Below are positions 60,368-64,000 of a stretch of DNA of 64,000 bases, piece after piece. Position numbers and translations under genes: made by a program. The notes beneath the pieces are model-generated. The model did not search any database. It saw only the letters and a list, made by a program, of their open reading frames with translations, and had not been told where the DNA came from. How positions within the stretch are numbered: position 1 is the first letter of the stretch; the number at the start of each line of letters is the position of its first letter. The DNA is taken from IMG/VR virus record IMGVR_UViG_3300003937_000144, positions 30,020 to 94,019 of that record; one strand, given 5' to 3'. The DNA is from a virus.

Positions 60368-60395
60368 AAAGCCAGCTTCGGCTGGCTTTTTTTTT
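60368..60395 (+). terminator. Intrinsic terminator with a UUCG tetraloop
   Basis: AAAGCCAGC-TTCG-GCTGGCTTT followed by a T run. Confidence 0.92.
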
Positions 60396-60398
60396 CTC

Positions 60399-60406
60399 TA
60401 TAAATA
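60399..60406 (+). promoter_or_regulatory. T4-type late promoter
   Basis: TATAAATA after the terminator, 5 nt before ATG 60412. Confidence 0.8.
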
Positions 60407-60411
60407 ATAAT

Positions 60412-60564
60412 ATGAATCATATCACTAGTCGTAATATAGATAAGAAAGTACAATTAAAAAAGTTAAAAGAAAAACTACATGTTGCTGGACATGATAGAAG
60501 CAACAAAAAAGTTAACATGGTAAAAGCCTTAAAAAATTTAATGAAGAGGGAAAAAAGAAAATGA
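60412..60564 (+). CDS. Small highly basic protein (50 aa), not in ORF track
   Basis: MNHITSRNIDKKVQLKKLKEKLHVAGHDRSNKKVNMVKALKNLMKREKRK*; ATGA overlap with the next gene. Confidence 0.65.
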   Translation: MNHITSRNIDKKVQLKKLKEKLHVAGHDRSNKKVNMVKALKNLMKREKRK

Positions 60565-61238
60565 TACAAGCATATGACGAAACTTGGCAGTTCTATATTA
60601 GACAACTGACTCTAACTTCGAGACGTCCGTTTGTTCAACCTTATCCTATCATTCGTAGTTTATATGATTTTTTAAAAAGCACTGGTGATACCCCTGTATT
60701 AGATATTGGATGTGGAGAAAATAATCTAAAGCATTTCTTTCCTAATATAGATGGCATGGACATGACATGCGAAGCTGATATAAAATCTTATGTTGATAGC
60801 CAATCCTTTAAAGACGTACCTAAATATAAGTATGGCGTTGCAGTAAATGTTATGAACTGGCCAGATGGAAATACTATCGACAGTAAAATTAAATTAGCAT
60901 TATCAAAATGTGATAAAGTGTGGTTCAGCATGAATGACTTGCCTACTTTAATAATGCCAATAGAAGAATATAAAACAAAAGAAGCGTGGGAAAAATATGG
61001 TAAGGTAGAATCTTTTTGGCATGGTCAAGATCCAGAAACTAAAAAAGATATTCGTGACTATTTAGAAAATGATCTCTTGTATTCACAAATGATGAAAATG
61101 CCACATAGAGATGGAGTCCAAGCAACGAGAGGCTTAACGCAACTCCAACAGGATGTTGCAGAGATCTATACTAATGCCGTAGACCATGATGCATATTATG
61201 GTGTAGTTCGTGTATTAATAAGTGCAGAAAAAGATTAA
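60561..61238 (+). CDS. Class I SAM-dependent methyltransferase-like protein
   Basis: PVLDIGCGEN...IDGMD. Confidence 0.65.
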   Translation: MIQAYDETWQFYIRQLTLTSRRPFVQPYPIIRSLYDFLKSTGDTPVLDIGCGENNLKHFFPNIDGMDMTCEADIKSYVDSQSFKDVPKYKYGVAVNVMNWPDGNTIDSKIKLALSKCDKVWFSMNDLPTLIMPIEEYKTKEAWEKYGKVESFWHGQDPETKKDIRDYLENDLLYSQMMKMPHRDGVQATRGLTQLQQDVAEIYTNAVDHDAYYGVVRVLISAEKD

Positions 61239-61377
61239 AGGCATTCCACCCCATAGTAAATTTCCGTGTAGTTGTGGACGTTCACCTACTGGTAGATGTT
61301 GTGGCTGGCATAAGCTAACAGAAGAAGAATATATGATTAAGTTTAAAGAATTTAAAGAGCTCGATAAATTTCAATAA
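61222..61377 (+). CDS. Small CDGSH-like iron-sulfur/zinc-binding protein (51 aa), not in ORF track
   Basis: GTG start: MQKKIKGIPPHSKFPCSCGRSPTGRCCGWHKLTEEEYMIKFKEFKELDKFQ*. Confidence 0.65.
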   Translation: MQKKIKGIPPHSKFPCSCGRSPTGRCCGWHKLTEEEYMIKFKEFKELDKFQ

Positions 61378-63190
61378 TATCTTCCTTACCCTTCACTTTA
61401 ATATCACCAATCTTTCTAGAGTTATGGAACATATCAGGCGGAAGCTGGTCTCTTGTCATTGAGGAATATATAGTTGGATATTCTGAATAATCTCCCCTAC
61501 CTGCTGTTGCTTCTAGTCTTGCTGCTAGATTAACTGCATCACCTATCACACTAAAGTCAAATCGAGTTGAGCTACCCATATTACCGATAATTGCTGGACC
61601 AGAATTCACACCTGTACCAACATTGATATCAGGTAAGCCTCTATCCTTATATCGTTGTTTTAGTTCTAATGTCTTTGCTTCTATTTCAACAGCAGACTTA
61701 ACAGCCATCTCAGCATGATTAGGCATATCAAGTGGTGCACCGAACACTGCCATAATACAGTCACCCATAAACTTATCGACCATACCACCATTAGCCAATA
61801 TAATATTAGTCATCTCATCTAAGAATTCATTGACAAGAACTACTAACCCTTCAGGGTCATCATTGTTCTTATAGAATTCTGATATAGGTGTGAACCCTAT
61901 AATGTCCATAAACAAATAAGACATATCCTTTCTAGCACCACCTAACTTAAGTAGATCAGGATTCTTTTGTAGTTCTTTGACTTGCCTTGGATCTAAGTAG
62001 TGTTCGAACTGTTTCTTGATCTGTTGCTTCTGCCTAAACTCTAATATGAACCTATTAAATGTGGCATGGAATCCTACGATAAAGAATGTCAACAAGGCCC
62101 ACGTGATATCTACAAGAACTAATTGTGTACTAAACATATATTGGAAGTAATACAAGGCCCCTGCAAATGTACCTATAAGTGATAGACCAATAAACCAGTA
62201 TGGCAAAAATCTTGTTATAAGAATGATAGCAATACCCAATACAAGACCCGCAAGCAGTTCTATTAAAGGGTCATACCGCTTTATTGTTTCACCATCTAGG
62301 ATTGTTTGGAGAGTCTGTGCAGATATAACATAGTCATATTGTTCACCTACTGGTGTTGCAACAACTCCACTTAATCCCTCTGCTGTCATAGCTATAATCA
62401 CTGTTGTACCCGCAAGCGGCGTGAAGTCTTCAGACGCAGCACTCATAGTTTTAAATTCTTTATTCCATCTTACCCAAACTCTAGCTCTTGTATCTGTATT
62501 AATTGTAGCATAAGCAGGAACTCGCATAGCACTAATGCCAGCTTCGTCAGCTTTTACTTGATACGATGGGTCACCAACCGCAACTCGTATTGTTTCTATT
62601 GCCATGTTAGGATATACTTCCTCGCCTATCTTCATAAGCAATGGCACTCGTCTTACAACACCATCAATTTCAGGAGCGGTATTAATAACACCAACACCTC
62701 CTGCACATTCTGCAAGTTTAGGTAATGGACCAACCATACCATTCCACTCAAATAGATATGGTAATGGATCACCTATCTTTGCCACACCTCTCGGTACTGG
62801 ATTAGATGTTCTCTTTTGTGCTGTACCAACCTGAGCAATGACTACGCCATAACCTAATGTTTCACAAAATACTTCATCACCACCAAACCTATCCTCTTCA
62901 CTAAATAATATAGGCATAACAATAATACCTGTTTGGGCATTTCTTAATTGTAGTATGAGGTTAGCAAGTATATCACGGTCCCACGGCCATTGACCATGTT
63001 CTTCGATTGCTGCTTCATCGATGGTAACTATTGTTACTGCTTCAGAAGGAGTCTTTACTTCATTCTGTAGTACATAGTCAAATGATTTGAGTCTAAGTAT
63101 TTCTTTGACCCACGGATCTTGAAGACCGATATAGGTTAATGCTATAAGGGTAACAAATGCAATGGTCCAATGTGAGAAGATTTTCTTCAT
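61352..63190 (-). CDS. CHASE2-domain class III adenylate cyclase (membrane sensor-cyclase)
   Basis: IVTIDE...GQWPWDR, DGVVRRVP, 3 TM helices, LFMDIIGFT, DKFMGDCIMAVFGAP and FDFSVIGDAVNLAARLE. Confidence 0.93.
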   Translation of the reverse strand: MKKIFSHWTIAFVTLIALTYIGLQDPWVKEILRLKSFDYVLQNEVKTPSEAVTIVTIDEAAIEEHGQWPWDRDILANLILQLRNAQTGIIVMPILFSEEDRFGGDEVFCETLGYGVVIAQVGTAQKRTSNPVPRGVAKIGDPLPYLFEWNGMVGPLPKLAECAGGVGVINTAPEIDGVVRRVPLLMKIGEEVYPNMAIETIRVAVGDPSYQVKADEAGISAMRVPAYATINTDTRARVWVRWNKEFKTMSAASEDFTPLAGTTVIIAMTAEGLSGVVATPVGEQYDYVISAQTLQTILDGETIKRYDPLIELLAGLVLGIAIILITRFLPYWFIGLSLIGTFAGALYYFQYMFSTQLVLVDITWALLTFFIVGFHATFNRFILEFRQKQQIKKQFEHYLDPRQVKELQKNPDLLKLGGARKDMSYLFMDIIGFTPISEFYKNNDDPEGLVVLVNEFLDEMTNIILANGGMVDKFMGDCIMAVFGAPLDMPNHAEMAVKSAVEIEAKTLELKQRYKDRGLPDINVGTGVNSGPAIIGNMGSSTRFDFSVIGDAVNLAARLEATAGRGDYSEYPTIYSSMTRDQLPPDMFHNSRKIGDIKVKGKEDIIEIYRAL

Positions 63191-63195
63191 AAAGC

Positions 63196-63203
63196 TATTT
63201 ATA
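63196..63203 (-). promoter_or_regulatory. T4-type late promoter
   Basis: TATTTATA on + strand, 5 nt from the cyclase ATG at 63190. Confidence 0.8.
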
Positions 63204-63999
63204 TTAATTCTGTGTTACTGTTGCTGAACAAGTAGTGTTAGTACAAATTTGTGATAAGTAATAATTTTGGTCTGAACTACTATCTTGTGTCAAGGTTATT
63301 GTGGTGGGATTACCACTTAAAATTAAAGTACCATTATGGTCACCTGAACCGTCTTGGGTTATATCTAATGTGTGACTATCTGTTAAAGTAATATCCATAA
63401 ACATATCGCCTGTTCCTTTTTGGTCTACAGTAACATTATTACTACCATCAACATCTAAAAATAATATCTTATCTCCTGTTTCTGTTTGGTCAAGGTCCAT
63501 AACAAGCAAAATGTTCACCTGTATTTGACAAATGAGTTTGATTTAAATTGAGAGTGTTCGAGGCCCCTGTAATATCGATTAATGCACTTTGATTTAAGTT
63601 CTGTGTAATATCAATATCATTTGAATTACCATCAACATCTATTCCTACAATATTATTATTACCAGTTTGTGTTATAGCTAATTCATTATTATCACCTGTG
63701 ATTTCGCCGGCAGATGTTAAATCTGAACCTGCAACCAAATTGTCTTCACCATCTTGTGTTATAGCTATTTCAACACCGCTACCGCTTTGAGTTATATAGA
63801 TATAATTATTATTTTGGGTGGTGGCTTGTGTGGATGTAACTAATGTTTGTTGAGTAGAAGTTATTCCTGATGTTGGTGTCGATCTAGTATTAAGTGTACT
63901 AGTTATTACATCAGCTATTAAAGCATTCATTAATTCTTTATTGTCATTTGTATAATAAGATGATTGAGAAGCATAGTTTATATCTGTAATTATAATTAC
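63204..63999 (-). CDS. Curlin-like beta-repeat protein; starts beyond the window and is frame-broken near 63500
   Basis: Repeated ITQxGxxN / VDGxxN units in both ORF pieces (63490-63930 and 63204-63518); upstream frame is open to the window edge. Confidence 0.65.
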
Positions 64000-64000
64000 T

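Noticed and set aside
33298-61377. Island as a bacterial contaminant or chimeric join
   Set aside because: It is punctuated by the same T4 late-promoter motif and UUCG terminators as the structural region and has paralogues embedded among the fibre genes.
1808-62834. Many short antisense or alternate-frame ORFs in the track (e.g. 2289-2708, 4851-5228, 28938-29387, 32709-33050)
   Set aside because: They lie wholly within well-supported genes, lack motifs or RBS, and are the expected shadows of biased codon usage.
61352-63190. Cyclase as a Pycsar/CBASS-type defence enzyme
   Set aside because: CHASE2 + TM + class III architecture with purine-type motifs and no adjacent effector fits a sensor cyclase.
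1-64000. tRNA/rRNA genes, introns/inteins, alternative genetic code
   Set aside because: No cloverleaf or rRNA-like tract, intein motif or systematic in-frame stops were noticed by eye; genes read through in the standard code. A tRNAscan/Infernal run would be needed to be certain.

Overview
A 64-kb piece of a large, AT-rich T4-like myovirus genome. The gene order resembles marine T4-like phages (cyano-/pelagi-myophage type); the host cannot be read from this window. All protein-family calls come from motif recognition and synteny, not database searches. Layout: (1) 1-4.6 kb, minus strand: tape-measure/hub-like gene (partial), gp51/gp26, gp54, gp2, gp4. (2) 4.6-19 kb: baseplate genes gp48, gp53, hub, gp5, gp25, gp6, gp7, gp8 and a VrlC/DUF4815-like protein. 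(3) 19-33 kb: mosaic tail-fibre genes interrupted by a small glycosyltransferase/oxygenase block. (4) 33.3-61.4 kb: a dense island of about 30 tailoring enzymes. It holds 9 radical SAM enzymes, 2 QueC-like PP-loop ATPases, 4 TauD-like dioxygenases that all have HxN in place of HxD, other 2OG-Fe(II) oxygenases, methyltransferases, a glycosyltransferase, a desaturase, a PLP enzyme, two flavin reductases and a small CDGSH-like protein missed by the ORF track. (5) 61.4-64 kb, minus strand: a CHASE2 adenylate cyclase and a curlin-like repeat protein. The leading candidate for a new system is the enzyme island. It sits behind T4 late-promoter motifs and next to fibre genes with repetitive candidate substrates such as a (Y-T/S-G-x)n tract, which suggests virion or surface tailoring. 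Other notable signals: a probable -1 frameshift joining gp26 to gp51 just before the tape-measure gene, a recurrent TATAAATA-N5-ATG leaderless late-gene layout, a u-spanin-like lipoprotein and a structured RNA candidate.
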